Origin: Actinomycetota bacterium
Lineage (GTDB): Bacteria; Actinomycetota; Geothermincolia; Geothermincolales; RBG-13-55-18
NCBI GenBank assembly: GCA_028275245.1
Contig: JAPWVA010000001.1
Location: 1 to 29,202, forward strand
DNA: 29,202 bases
Reading direction: 5' to 3'
In this document: piece by piece, positions 16,971 to 25,229 of the stretch
Layout of the letters: every line of letters begins with the position of its first letter
How positions within the stretch are numbered: the first letter of the stretch is position 1
Notes under the pieces: generated by a model
Told to the model about the DNA's origin: nothing
What the model saw: only the letters and a program-made list of their open reading frames with translations
The model's database searches: none
Position numbers and translations under genes: made by a program

Positions 16971-17687
16971 ATGCTCATCCTACGAAATATCTCGGCCTTC
17001 TACGGTAACATAGAGGCCCTACGGGCTGTGGACCTTCACGTGCAAGAGGGATGCATCACCACCGTGCTGGGTTCGAACGGCGCGGGCAAGACCACCATGC
17101 TCCGGGCCATAAGCGGTCTGATACCCACACGTTACGGTGAGATCCTATACTACGGACGCAACATCGCCGGCGAGCCCCCTCACCGCATCGTGCGCATGGG
17201 GATATCCCATGTGCCCGAGGGAAGACAGGTCTTTTATCAGCTCTCCGTAAGGGAGAACCTGGAATTGGGAGCCTACGTCAGGAGCTGGAGGAAAAAGGCG
17301 GAGATCGAGAAGGACCTGGATTTCGTCTATCGGCTATTCCCCATCCTTGGAGAAAGGGAGAGGCAATTGGCGGGAACCCTCTCGGGTGGTGAGCAGCAGA
17401 TGCTGGCCATTGGTCGCGCCCTGATGTCTCGTCCTCGGCTGCTGCTTTTGGACGAGCCATCTATGGGGTTGGCCCCCATGGTTATAAGGGACATATTCGC
17501 CTGCCTCAAGAGGCTTCACCAGGAGGGCCTCACCATCCTTCTGGTGGAACAGGACGTGCAAATCGCCTTGAGCATCTCCGATTACGCATACGTCCTGCGC
17601 ACGGGAAAGGTGGTGCTGGAAGGCCCGGCAGAGGAGCTCCTGAAGGGCGAGAGAATTAAGAAGATATACCTGGGGGAGGAGTTTTGA
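16971..17687 (+). CDS. livF: Branched-chain amino acid-type ABC ATPase
   Basis: Motifs GSNGAGKT, HVPEGR, LSGGEQQML, LLLDEPS and YLG. Confidence 0.95.
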   Translation: MLILRNISAFYGNIEALRAVDLHVQEGCITTVLGSNGAGKTTMLRAISGLIPTRYGEILYYGRNIAGEPPHRIVRMGISHVPEGRQVFYQLSVRENLELGAYVRSWRKKAEIEKDLDFVYRLFPILGERERQLAGTLSGGEQQMLAIGRALMSRPRLLLLDEPSMGLAPMVIRDIFACLKRLHQEGLTILLVEQDVQIALSISDYAYVLRTGKVVLEGPAEELLKGERIKKIYLGEEF

Positions 17688-17831
17688 TGCACGGATAAGC
17701 GTTGAGAACCGACGGGAACTACGCCTGATCCGGGGGTCGGAGACCAGGGATTGCACAAGGATGTTGATAACCGGAAGAATGGTAGCCCTGCTACGGGTTG
17801 AAGAAGGGCAAGAGGAAGGGAGGTCCAGGTC

Positions 17832-18182
17832 ATGCTGGAAAAATACGGATTCAAGTTCGACGAGAACGGTCTCATTCCTGCCATAGTACAAGACCACGAG
17901 ACGGGAGAGGTACTGATGCTGGCCTACATGGACGGCGAGGCGATAAGACGCACGGTGGAGTCCGGCAGGACATGGTTCTGGAGTCGTAGCAGGAAGGAGT
18001 ACTGGTGCAAGGGAGAGACCTCCGGTAACCGTCAGTATGTTAGGGAGGTACTCTACGATTGCGACGCCGATGCCCTGCTAGTGAAAGTCCACCAGGTGGG
18101 CCCCGCTTGCCATACTGGCCAGCGCTCTTGCTTCTACCGACGCGTGGAGGAGGCAAGAACGGACCTGAAACCCGGCGATTGA
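17832..18182 (+). CDS. hisI: Phosphoribosyl-AMP cyclohydrolase (monofunctional, no HisE domain)
   Basis: Motifs [30 protein letters not shown] and [10 protein letters not shown]. Confidence 0.96.
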   Translation: MLEKYGFKFDENGLIPAIVQDHETGEVLMLAYMDGEAIRRTVESGRTWFWSRSRKEYWCKGETSGNRQYVREVLYDCDADALLVKVHQVGPACHTGQRSCFYRRVEEARTDLKPGD

Positions 18183-18311
18183 TGTCGGGAAGGGAATTCG
18201 GCCCGGGCCGCAGAATTACCTTTAAGAATGCGTGGTATCAGGAAAATTTAAATGGCCATAGCAATATACGGTCCCCTGAGAACGTTATTGGAAGCTCGAG
18301 GGGGGAGATGA

Positions 18312-18941
18312 TTGAGGTGCCCGTGGTGCGGCGAACTGGTACCGGATGAGGCACCGGTTTGCCATCGTTGTGGCAACAAACTGAAGGAGGTAGAGGAGGA
18401 GGAGGGGTTCCCCGCTACCTCGCCGGGGATCGCTGCTCACGGGGATTGGAGGGCGGTGGCCAGAGCCCGTGCAGTACTGGCAACCCCTACTCGGAGGAGA
18501 AGGACCTGGCGCTATGGCATCGCACCCGTCTTTTACGGCGCTCTGGTAGCGGCCATTGCCTTGTGGATAGGTCTAAGCCTGACCATCTGGGGCAATCCCT
18601 CGCCCGTGGACCGTGCCAAGCTGCTCCTCCAAGCTTTGGAAAGGGGAGATGAGGAGGCCTTCCTCACCTGCTTCCAGGAGGAAGACCTGGAAAGGGGCCG
18701 GGAGTTGTGGGAAAAGGCAAGGCTCGAGTACGGCCCGGGCGCTGCCTTCCGGGAGTCGGAGTTCAGGGTGGAGTCCGACGACGGGTATGAGGCGGTGTTA
18801 CTACTGGAGAAAGCGATGGTGGAGGGCGGCAAACTATCCGGCAGGGAACTATCGCGCCAGGATAACATCGTGCTATTTTGGGAGAACCACGGGGGAAGTT
18901 GGTACCTTGATCCGAACCGTTCCCGTATAACGCCCCCCTGA
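18312..18941 (+). CDS. Hypothetical single-pass membrane protein with N-terminal zinc ribbon
   Basis: CPWC-x10-CHRC, acidic/basic linker, one hydrophobic helix (GIAPVFYGALVAAIALWIGLSLTIWG) and a C-terminal alpha/beta domain ending WYLD. Confidence 0.8.
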   Translation: MRCPWCGELVPDEAPVCHRCGNKLKEVEEEEGFPATSPGIAAHGDWRAVARARAVLATPTRRRRTWRYGIAPVFYGALVAAIALWIGLSLTIWGNPSPVDRAKLLLQALERGDEEAFLTCFQEEDLERGRELWEKARLEYGPGAAFRESEFRVESDDGYEAVLLLEKAMVEGGKLSGRELSRQDNIVLFWENHGGSWYLDPNRSRITPP

Positions 18942-19087
18942 AAGCCGAGGACAGGGATCTTGACCATCTGGGCCATAACACGCGAACTTCCACCTTCCCG
19001 ATTCCCGGCCATTGAGTCCTGAAGGCAGGGTTCATGGGATCAGATCCCCGGGGTGATTCACCCTCCTGTGATAAGGAAACCATCGGG

Positions 19088-19096
19088 TGGTAAAAT
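19088..19096 (+). promoter_or_regulatory. Extended -10 promoter (TGgTAAAAT) of tRNA-Leu
   Basis: Lies 19 nt before the tRNA 5' end; the same GGTGGTAAAAT occurs before rpsA. Confidence 0.6.
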
Positions 19097-19114
19097 ATAT
19101 TATGCATTGAGCAG

Positions 19115-19200
19115 GCCGAAGTGGCGGAATGGGTAGACGCGCTGGTCTCAAAAACCAGTGGGGTTTCCCCGTGCCGGTTCGAGTCCGGCCTTCGGCACCA
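19115..19200 (+). tRNA. tRNA-Leu(CAA)
   Basis: Acceptor stem GCCGAAG/CTTCGGC plus ACCA, anticodon arm CTGGT-CTCAAAA-ACCAG (CAA at 19149-19151), long variable arm GGGG-TTT-CCCC and T arm GCCGG-TTCGAGT-CCGGC. Confidence 0.97.
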
Positions 19201-19203
19201 AGA

Positions 19204-19234
19204 AGAAAGGGTTAGAGCCCTTTTTCTTTTTCTT
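19204..19234 (+). terminator. Intrinsic terminator after tRNA-Leu
   Basis: AAAGGG-TTAGAG-CCCTTT followed by a long T-rich tract. Confidence 0.75.
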
Positions 19235-19271
19235 GTTCCGCGTCTAACTCGGGCCACAGTGCAGCATGCCC

Positions 19272-19294
19272 TTGTCACTGCGGCTCCCTAACAT
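19272..19294 (+). promoter_or_regulatory. Candidate RecA-NDp/PafBC-type promoter upstream of polA
   Basis: TTGTCACTG-N8-TAACAT: 8/9 match to tTGTCRgtg with the exact 8-nt spacer and TAnnnT. Confidence 0.55.
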
Positions 19295-19386
19295 GGGTCA
19301 TGGAACTCTAAAGCGGCACCCAGGATTACGTCTCGCCCACCGGATACCGCGCCCGGTAAGCAGGGTGGTGACGAAAGAAGAGTGGC

Positions 19387-22095
19387 TTGGAGATCGATAA
19401 GTTGAATATGGAAGAACCCGTTTACGTTCTAGTGGATGGGCACAGCATAGCCTACCGTGCCTTTTTCGCACTGCCTCCCGACCTCAAGACCAGCACCGGC
19501 CAGCTCACCAACGCCGTCTTCGGGTTTACCTCCATGCTCATCAAGCTCCTGGAGGAGCTCAGGCCCACCCATCTCTTGGTGGCCTTCGACAAAGGAAGGC
19601 CGGAGTTCCGGCTGGAGAGGTACGAGGAATACAAGGCGCACAGAAAGCCCATGCCCGACGAGCTCAGGGACCAGCTGGGAATGATCAAGGCGGTGCTGGA
19701 AACCATGGGGATACCGGTGGTGGAGGTGGAAGGCTACGAGGCCGACGACGTTATCGCCACCCTGGTGGAGAAGCTGCCGGAAGAGGGCAAGGTCTACGTG
19801 GTCACCGGGGACCGGGACGCCCTACAGCTGGTGAGACCGGGCGTGAAGGTGGTGGCCACGCGGAAGGGCATCACCGACATCATAGTTTATGACGAGCAGG
19901 GGGTGAGGGAGCGCTTCGGGGTGGAACCCAGCCAAATCGTGGATTACCTGGCACTAAAAGGGGATGCCTCTGACAACATCCCCGGTGTGGAGGGGATAGG
20001 GGAAAAGACCGCCTCCCGGCTTTTGCAGAAATTCGGTTCCCTGGATGGCGTGTATTCGAACCTGGAGCAGGTGGAGGGGGAACGATGGAAGAAACTCTTG
20101 GAAGCCCATAAAGAGGAGGCCTACCTCAGCCGGGAGCTTGCGGGATTGCGCAGGGACGTCCCCCTCCCTCCCGACCTGCTGGCATCCGCCCGGTTGAAAC
20201 CCTGGGACCGGGAAAAGGTATCTGCCCTCTTCTCATCCCTCGAGTTCAGAACCCTCTACCGTAGGTTGGAATCCCTGGGGGAGACCTTTCCCTTCCGGCA
20301 GGACGGGAACGCCTCCGTGGCAGTGGAAACACGGCCCGCCCTGGAGACCCGGGTCCAGCTAAGGGGAGAGGGGGAGTTGGGAGAACTGTTGGAAAGCGCT
20401 GCCGTTTCTCGGAGGATATCCATCTATCCCAACATACAGGGGGAAGGCTATACCGAAGGAAAACTTGTGGGTTTGGGCTTTTTCACGGGCGAGAAGGGCT
20501 TTCACCTGGATATGGCCCTTTCCGGGGCACAGGGAATGCTTTCCAGGCTCCTGGAGGAGCTGCCCGGGACGGGAGCGGAGGTCTACGGTTTCCGGGTCAA
20601 GGACTTCATGGTCCAGGCCTTCAAGCTCACCGGCACCTTTCCGGGGGAGATCTTCGACGTGCAGCTGGCGGCCTATCTAGTGGATCCCTCGGCGGTCTCC
20701 CACGACCTGGAAAGATGCTGCGCCCGTTTCCTCCGGGAAGTCCCCTTCCCGAAAGAGACGGGGCAGCTGAACCTCCTGGTGGAGGAGCAGGCGGGCGAGA
20801 CCGAGATAGAGAAGGCCATGGCTGTCTGGCGCCTGAAGGAGCCGGTAGAGGCGGAGATGAGCTCTCGGGGCCTATCCCGTCTTTTCCACGAACTGGAAAG
20901 GCCCCTCCAGGTTGTCCTGGCCGAGATGGAGATCAACGGCATAAGGATAGACACTGCTTGCCTTAAGGAGATGGAGAGGGAGCTGGATAAGGAGCTGTCT
21001 CATCTGGAGAGGGAGATCCACGCGTTGGCCGGTCATCCCTTCAACCTGAACTCACCCCAGCAACTCTCCAGGGTTCTTTTCCAGGAGCTGGGGCTGAACC
21101 CGATTAAGAAAACCAAGACGGGTTACGCCACCGACTTTTCGGTGCTCCAGGCCTTGCGAGGCCAGCATCCCGTGATCGACCTCCTGCTCCGGTATCGGGA
21201 ACTCTCTAAGTTGAAGGGTACCTATGTGACCTCGCTACTCAAGCTGGTGAACCCGACCACGGGCAAGCTGCACACTTGCTTCAACCAGACGGTGACCGCC
21301 ACTGGAAGGCTATCCTCCAGCAATCCAAACCTCCAGAACATCCCCATAAGGACCGAATCAGGGAGAAACATCCGCAAGGCCTTCCTGCCGGACGTTTCCG
21401 GAGGATCGCTGCTCTCCGCCGATTACTCCCAGATCGAGCTGAGGGTCTTAGCCCACCTGTCGGGGGACGAAGCCTTGATCCGGGCCTTCGAGTCGGACAT
21501 GGACATCCACGCCATCACCGCCTCGGAGATCTTCGGTATTCCCCAGGAGCGGGTAGATCCCGAGGCGAGGAGGAAGGCCAAGGCGGTTAACTTCGGGATC
21601 ATCTACGGTATCAGCCCTCAGGGGCTGGGGGAGCAGATAGGGGTGAGTCCCGAGGAGGCGGGGAAGTACATCGAGGCCTATTTCCGGCGGTTTCCCCGGG
21701 TTAAGGAGTTCCTGGACCAGCAGGTGGCTCGGGCTGCCTCCCAAGGCTATGTGACCACACTCCTGGGCCGAATCAGGGAAGTGCGGGAGATATTGGAGGA
21801 AAACGTGAGGTTGAGAAGGCTGGGGGAAAGGATCACCCTCAACACCCCCATACAAGGTAGCGCCGCGGATATCATCAAGCTGGCCATGCTCCGTATTCAC
21901 GAGAGGTTGAGGCGGGAGGGACTCGGCAGCAAACTGGTGTTGCAAGTGCACGACGAGCTCCTCCTGGACGTGCCCCCCGGGGAGGAGGTCGAGGTTCAAG
22001 AGGTGGTAAGGGAGGAGATGGAGGGGGCCTTTCCTCTGAGGGTTCCCCTCAAGGTGGAGATCTCCATGGGACCCACCTGGTACGATGCCAAGTGA
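19387..22095 (+). CDS. polA: DNA polymerase I
   Basis: 5' nuclease motifs LVDGHSIAYRAFFAL and YEADDVI; polymerase motifs TGRLSSSNPNLQNIP, ADYSQIELR, AKAVNFGIIYG and LQVHDEL. Start is TTG 19387 or ATG 19408. Confidence 0.98.
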   Translation: MEIDKLNMEEPVYVLVDGHSIAYRAFFALPPDLKTSTGQLTNAVFGFTSMLIKLLEELRPTHLLVAFDKGRPEFRLERYEEYKAHRKPMPDELRDQLGMIKAVLETMGIPVVEVEGYEADDVIATLVEKLPEEGKVYVVTGDRDALQLVRPGVKVVATRKGITDIIVYDEQGVRERFGVEPSQIVDYLALKGDASDNIPGVEGIGEKTASRLLQKFGSLDGVYSNLEQVEGERWKKLLEAHKEEAYLSRELAGLRRDVPLPPDLLASARLKPWDREKVSALFSSLEFRTLYRRLESLGETFPFRQDGNASVAVETRPALETRVQLRGEGELGELLESAAVSRRISIYPNIQGEGYTEGKLVGLGFFTGEKGFHLDMALSGAQGMLSRLLEELPGTGAEVYGFRVKDFMVQAFKLTGTFPGEIFDVQLAAYLVDPSAVSHDLERCCARFLREVPFPKETGQLNLLVEEQAGETEIEKAMAVWRLKEPVEAEMSSRGLSRLFHELERPLQVVLAEMEINGIRIDTACLKEMERELDKELSHLEREIHALAGHPFNLNSPQQLSRVLFQELGLNPIKKTKTGYATDFSVLQALRGQHPVIDLLLRYRELSKLKGTYVTSLLKLVNPTTGKLHTCFNQTVTATGRLSSSNPNLQNIPIRTESGRNIRKAFLPDVSGGSLLSADYSQIELRVLAHLSGDEALIRAFESDMDIHAITASEIFGIPQERVDPEARRKAKAVNFGIIYGISPQGLGEQIGVSPEEAGKYIEAYFRRFPRVKEFLDQQVARAASQGYVTTLLGRIREVREILEENVRLRRLGERITLNTPIQGSAADIIKLAMLRIHERLRREGLGSKLVLQVHDELLLDVPPGEEVEVQEVVREEMEGAFPLRVPLKVEISMGPTWYDAK

Positions 22096-22774
22096 ACGGG
22101 AGGGGGCCTCAGCCCGGCGGGGGTAGGAACCCACACCTTTTGCGATTACCCGCCCGAGGAGGTCTTGACTGGTCACTCGGGGATTCCCCGGCCTGGTCGG
22201 TCCTATCCGGTCACGTACGGTGGAAACCCATGGCGAGTCATGGGAACTCGCCCTCATCTCTGGGGCGTTCACTCCGGGCGGTTCACTCAGCTATCCAACC
22301 CAATGCATGTTTCTCGGAACCGGATCGTGAAGTCCGATTACCGAGGATCCTTGTCTGGGGTCACCGTTACCCGGCGCGATTATCCGTGAAGGGCGGGGAG
22401 ACAAAACCTGGGGGGCACCCGGCGCGCCAGGACTGACCTTCCCTGGAAATATACGCCGCGATGCTCCACTTTTCCTGGAAAGGGAGAAAGGGGTTAGCAC
22501 CGTTTCCCGCAGCCAGGGAGCATTCTAAATGCCCTAGGGCCAAAAGGGACCCGTAAATGACGATAAGTCCCGACAAAATGGCAAGGCAGGGGAAATAGGT
22601 TCGATATCGATCCTTTACCTTTTCAGTGGGCGCTTTTAGGGTTGAAGGAGCTTGAGAGACCACCCTATCATCCTGGCAAAACAGCCAAAAAAGGAAGAAA
22701 GAGATGGTCTTTCTTACTGGCATCCTCGGTACTACATCTGGCATCCCCAGGGCTGGTGCGGAAACCTACCTTGG

Positions 22775-22819
22775 TGGTAAAATTAGTTGTCCGTGTGCCG
22801 GACCAGCGGACACGGACAA
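22775..22819 (+). promoter_or_regulatory. rpsA extended -10 (TGgTAAAAT) followed by a 10-bp inverted repeat
   Basis: TAAAAT at 22778-22783; TTGTCCGTGT (22787-22796) and ACACGGACAA (22810-22819). Confidence 0.55.
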
Positions 22820-22847
22820 AAACTCAGGGAATGGAGGAATGGTTTAG

Positions 22848-24308
22848 ATGCACGAACAGATCGATCAGAGGCAGGAACACCAGGACAACGATAGATCCCA
22901 GCGAATCTCCATCCCCCTCACCAACTTCGATTACTCCGACGCCGATTCCATCAACTACGAAAAGACCATCAAGGTCTTCTCCGAGGGGGACATCATCGCC
23001 GGGACGGTGGTGAAAATCGACAAGGACGAGGTCCTATTGGACATCGGTTACAAGTCAGAGGGCGTAATCCCCCTGCGAGAGCTCTCCATCCGCTACGGCG
23101 TCAAGGCGGAGGAAGTGGTTAAGGTGGGCGATGTCATCGACGCCCTGGTGCTACAAAAGGAGGATAAGGAAGGTCGTCTGATCCTTTCCAAAAAGAGGGC
23201 TCAATACGAGAAGGCTTGGGGGGTCCTCGAAGAGAAGATGATGAACAGCGAACCGGTGGAGGGAGAGGTCATCGAGGTGGTCAAGGGAGGCCTTATCCTG
23301 GACATCGGCCTAAGGGGCTTCCTTCCCGCCTCCTTGGTGGACGTGCAGCGGGTTCGGGACCTGGAGTCCTTCTTGGGTCAGAAGCTCACCTGCAAGATCA
23401 TCGAGATGGACAGGAACCGCAACAACGTGGTGCTTTCCCGCCGCGCCTACTTGGAGGAGAAGGCCAATGAGAGGAAGAAGGTCCTCCTGGAAAACTTGAA
23501 GAAGGGCATGAGGGTCAAGGGGAAGGTTTCCAGCCTGGTATCCTTTGGGGCCTTCGTCAACCTGGGGGGGATTGACGGCTTGATCCACATCTCCGAGCTC
23601 TCCTGGTGCCACGTGGAGAAACCCAGCGAGGTGCTCTCGGTGGGGGACGAGGTGGAGGTGGAAGTTTTAGATGTGGACAAGGATAGGGAGCGCATCTCCT
23701 TGAGCCTCAAGGCCTGCCAGGTCGACCCATGGGAGGAGATATACCGGGAGGTAAGGATAGGTGACATCCTCGAGGGAAGGATAACCAAGCTGGTCCCCTT
23801 CGGGGCTTTCGTACAGGTGAGGCCAGCGGTGGAGGGCCTGGTGCACATAAGCGAGATAGCCAAGCGGCATATCGAGCATCCGGAGGAGGTCCTCACGGTG
23901 GGCCAAACAGTGCAGGTCAAGGTGGTGGACATGGACATAGACCGGCGCCGCCTCAGCCTCAGCATCCGGCAGGCCGCTGAGGAGCTCGGGCTCGACCGGG
24001 AGGAAGGGGAGGAAGAACCCACCGGGGAATCCCCACCCGACGAGACGGCCACGGCTGAAGAGGCTGTGTCTCTCCCTGAGGAAGGGGAGGAGGAAGCAGC
24101 CGCTACCTCGAAAGAAGCGGTGGCGGAACGGTCCGAGGATGAGGAAGCTGAAGAAGGGGAGTCACCCGTACCCCCTGCTACCGCTGAGGATACAGAGGAG
24201 CATGGCCACGGGGCTCCCTCCGGGGCGGAGGAAACCCCTTCCCGGGGAGGGGAGACCCTGGAGGAAATAATCCAAGACCTAAAGAGGGAGGGGATCCAGG
24301 AACCCTGA
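22848..24308 (+). CDS. rpsA: 30S ribosomal protein S1 (four S1 domains plus acidic tail, actinobacterial type)
   Basis: Motifs EVLLDIGYKSEGVIP, KEGRLILSKKRAQYE, GFLPASLV, DGLIHISELSW and EGLVHISE. Confidence 0.97.
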   Translation: MHEQIDQRQEHQDNDRSQRISIPLTNFDYSDADSINYEKTIKVFSEGDIIAGTVVKIDKDEVLLDIGYKSEGVIPLRELSIRYGVKAEEVVKVGDVIDALVLQKEDKEGRLILSKKRAQYEKAWGVLEEKMMNSEPVEGEVIEVVKGGLILDIGLRGFLPASLVDVQRVRDLESFLGQKLTCKIIEMDRNRNNVVLSRRAYLEEKANERKKVLLENLKKGMRVKGKVSSLVSFGAFVNLGGIDGLIHISELSWCHVEKPSEVLSVGDEVEVEVLDVDKDRERISLSLKACQVDPWEEIYREVRIGDILEGRITKLVPFGAFVQVRPAVEGLVHISEIAKRHIEHPEEVLTVGQTVQVKVVDMDIDRRRLSLSIRQAAEELGLDREEGEEEPTGESPPDETATAEEAVSLPEEGEEEAAATSKEAVAERSEDEEAEEGESPVPPATAEDTEEHGHGAPSGAEETPSRGGETLEEIIQDLKREGIQEP

Positions 24309-24332
24309 TCCAGGAGATCCGGAGAGCACACC

Positions 24333-24372
24333 GGGGAAAGGGAGACGGTAAAGTTCCCTTTCCCCTTTTATT
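24333..24372 (+). terminator. Intrinsic terminator after rpsA
   Basis: Perfect 11-bp stem GGGGAAAGGGA/TCCCTTTCCCC followed by TTTTATT. Confidence 0.85.
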
Positions 24373-24428
24373 AACGGGCTTGCAAGGAGGTAAGCTGCAG
24401 CTCGCCCACGTTTGAGAAGGAGGATAGG

Positions 24429-25052
24429 ATGGCGCTTTTCCTGGTGGCCCTTACCGGGGGCATCGCCAGCGGCAAGACCACGGTGGGAAGGATGCTGGTC
24501 GACAAGGGTGCCTTCCTGGTGGAATCGGATGCACTGGCCAGGAAGGTGGTGGAAAAGGGCAGCGAGGCCTATCGCGAAATCGTGGAGCACTTCGGCGAGT
24601 CCATCCTCGACCCGCAAGAGAATATAGACCGGGCAAAACTCGGGGCCGTGGTTTTCAACGACCCCTCGGAAAGGGAATTCCTCAACCGGGTCACCCATCC
24701 CCGCATCCTCCAACTGATGGCCTCCGAGATAGAGAGGATCAGGGTGGAGACAGGGGACCGTGCCATCGTGGTGCTGGACATCCCCTTGCTGGTGGAGGCG
24801 GGCGTCGCCGGCGCCTTCGACTTCACCCTGGTGGTGGACGCCTCCCCCGAGACGCAGGAGGAAAGGCTGGTAAGGGATCGCGGCCTTTCCAGGGAAGACG
24901 CCCGGGCCCGTATCGCCTCCCAGGCCAGCCGGGAGGAACGCCTGCGGGTAGCGGACTTCGTGGTAAGAAACGAGGGAAGCCTGGTGGACCTGGAGCGGGA
25001 GGTGGAGAGGGCATGGGAGGCCATCCTGGGGGCATGGAAGCAAAAAGGATAA
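24429..25052 (+). CDS. coaE: Dephospho-CoA kinase
   Basis: Motifs ALTGGIASGKT, IDRAKLG, THPRI, DIPLLVE, RIASQ and ADFVVRN. AAGGAGG SD. Confidence 0.96.
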   Translation: MALFLVALTGGIASGKTTVGRMLVDKGAFLVESDALARKVVEKGSEAYREIVEHFGESILDPQENIDRAKLGAVVFNDPSEREFLNRVTHPRILQLMASEIERIRVETGDRAIVVLDIPLLVEAGVAGAFDFTLVVDASPETQEERLVRDRGLSREDARARIASQASREERLRVADFVVRNEGSLVDLEREVERAWEAILGAWKQKG

Positions 25053-25229
25053 AAACGAGAAGGCAAAAACCCTTTTCCATGAAAAAGAGGGGTGAAAAGG
25101 CCAAGATCGAGTGATAAGCGCAGGAAAGTCCTGACCCCCTACGCCGCCGGAAAGGATCGCGAATAAGGCCCTAAGAATTGGAATTTACCCTAAGGGAGGG
25201 CACGGAGGGAAGGCAGAACCCCCGGTTGA

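Noticed and set aside
17688-17760. TPP-riboswitch-like words (TGAGAA...CCTGATCCGG...AGGGA) before hisI
   Set aside because: Lacks the GGGGTGC/CTGAGA P2-P3 context, the GAACCTGA junction and the TAATGCC loop, and the downstream gene is unrelated to thiamine.
19115-19386. tRNA-Leu as the attachment site of a genomic island
   Set aside because: No integrase, no duplicated tRNA 3' end, and the flanking genes are core genes.
22212-22228. CACGTACGGT (group II intron domain V-like) and GGTGGAAACC (T-box-like)
   Set aside because: The 5' half of domain V (AGCCGTATG...) is missing, there is no RT gene, and no T-box stem I or antiterminator context is present.
22092-22436. 114-aa ORF starting with a GTGA overlap on the polA stop, and nested ORF 22165-22389
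   Set aside because: Pro/Gly/Arg/Ser-rich composition typical of non-coding GC-rich DNA, with no motifs.
25122-25131. AGGAAAGTCC resembling the RNase P RNA P4 motif
   Set aside because: None of the other conserved RNase P blocks follow, and the available space is too short.
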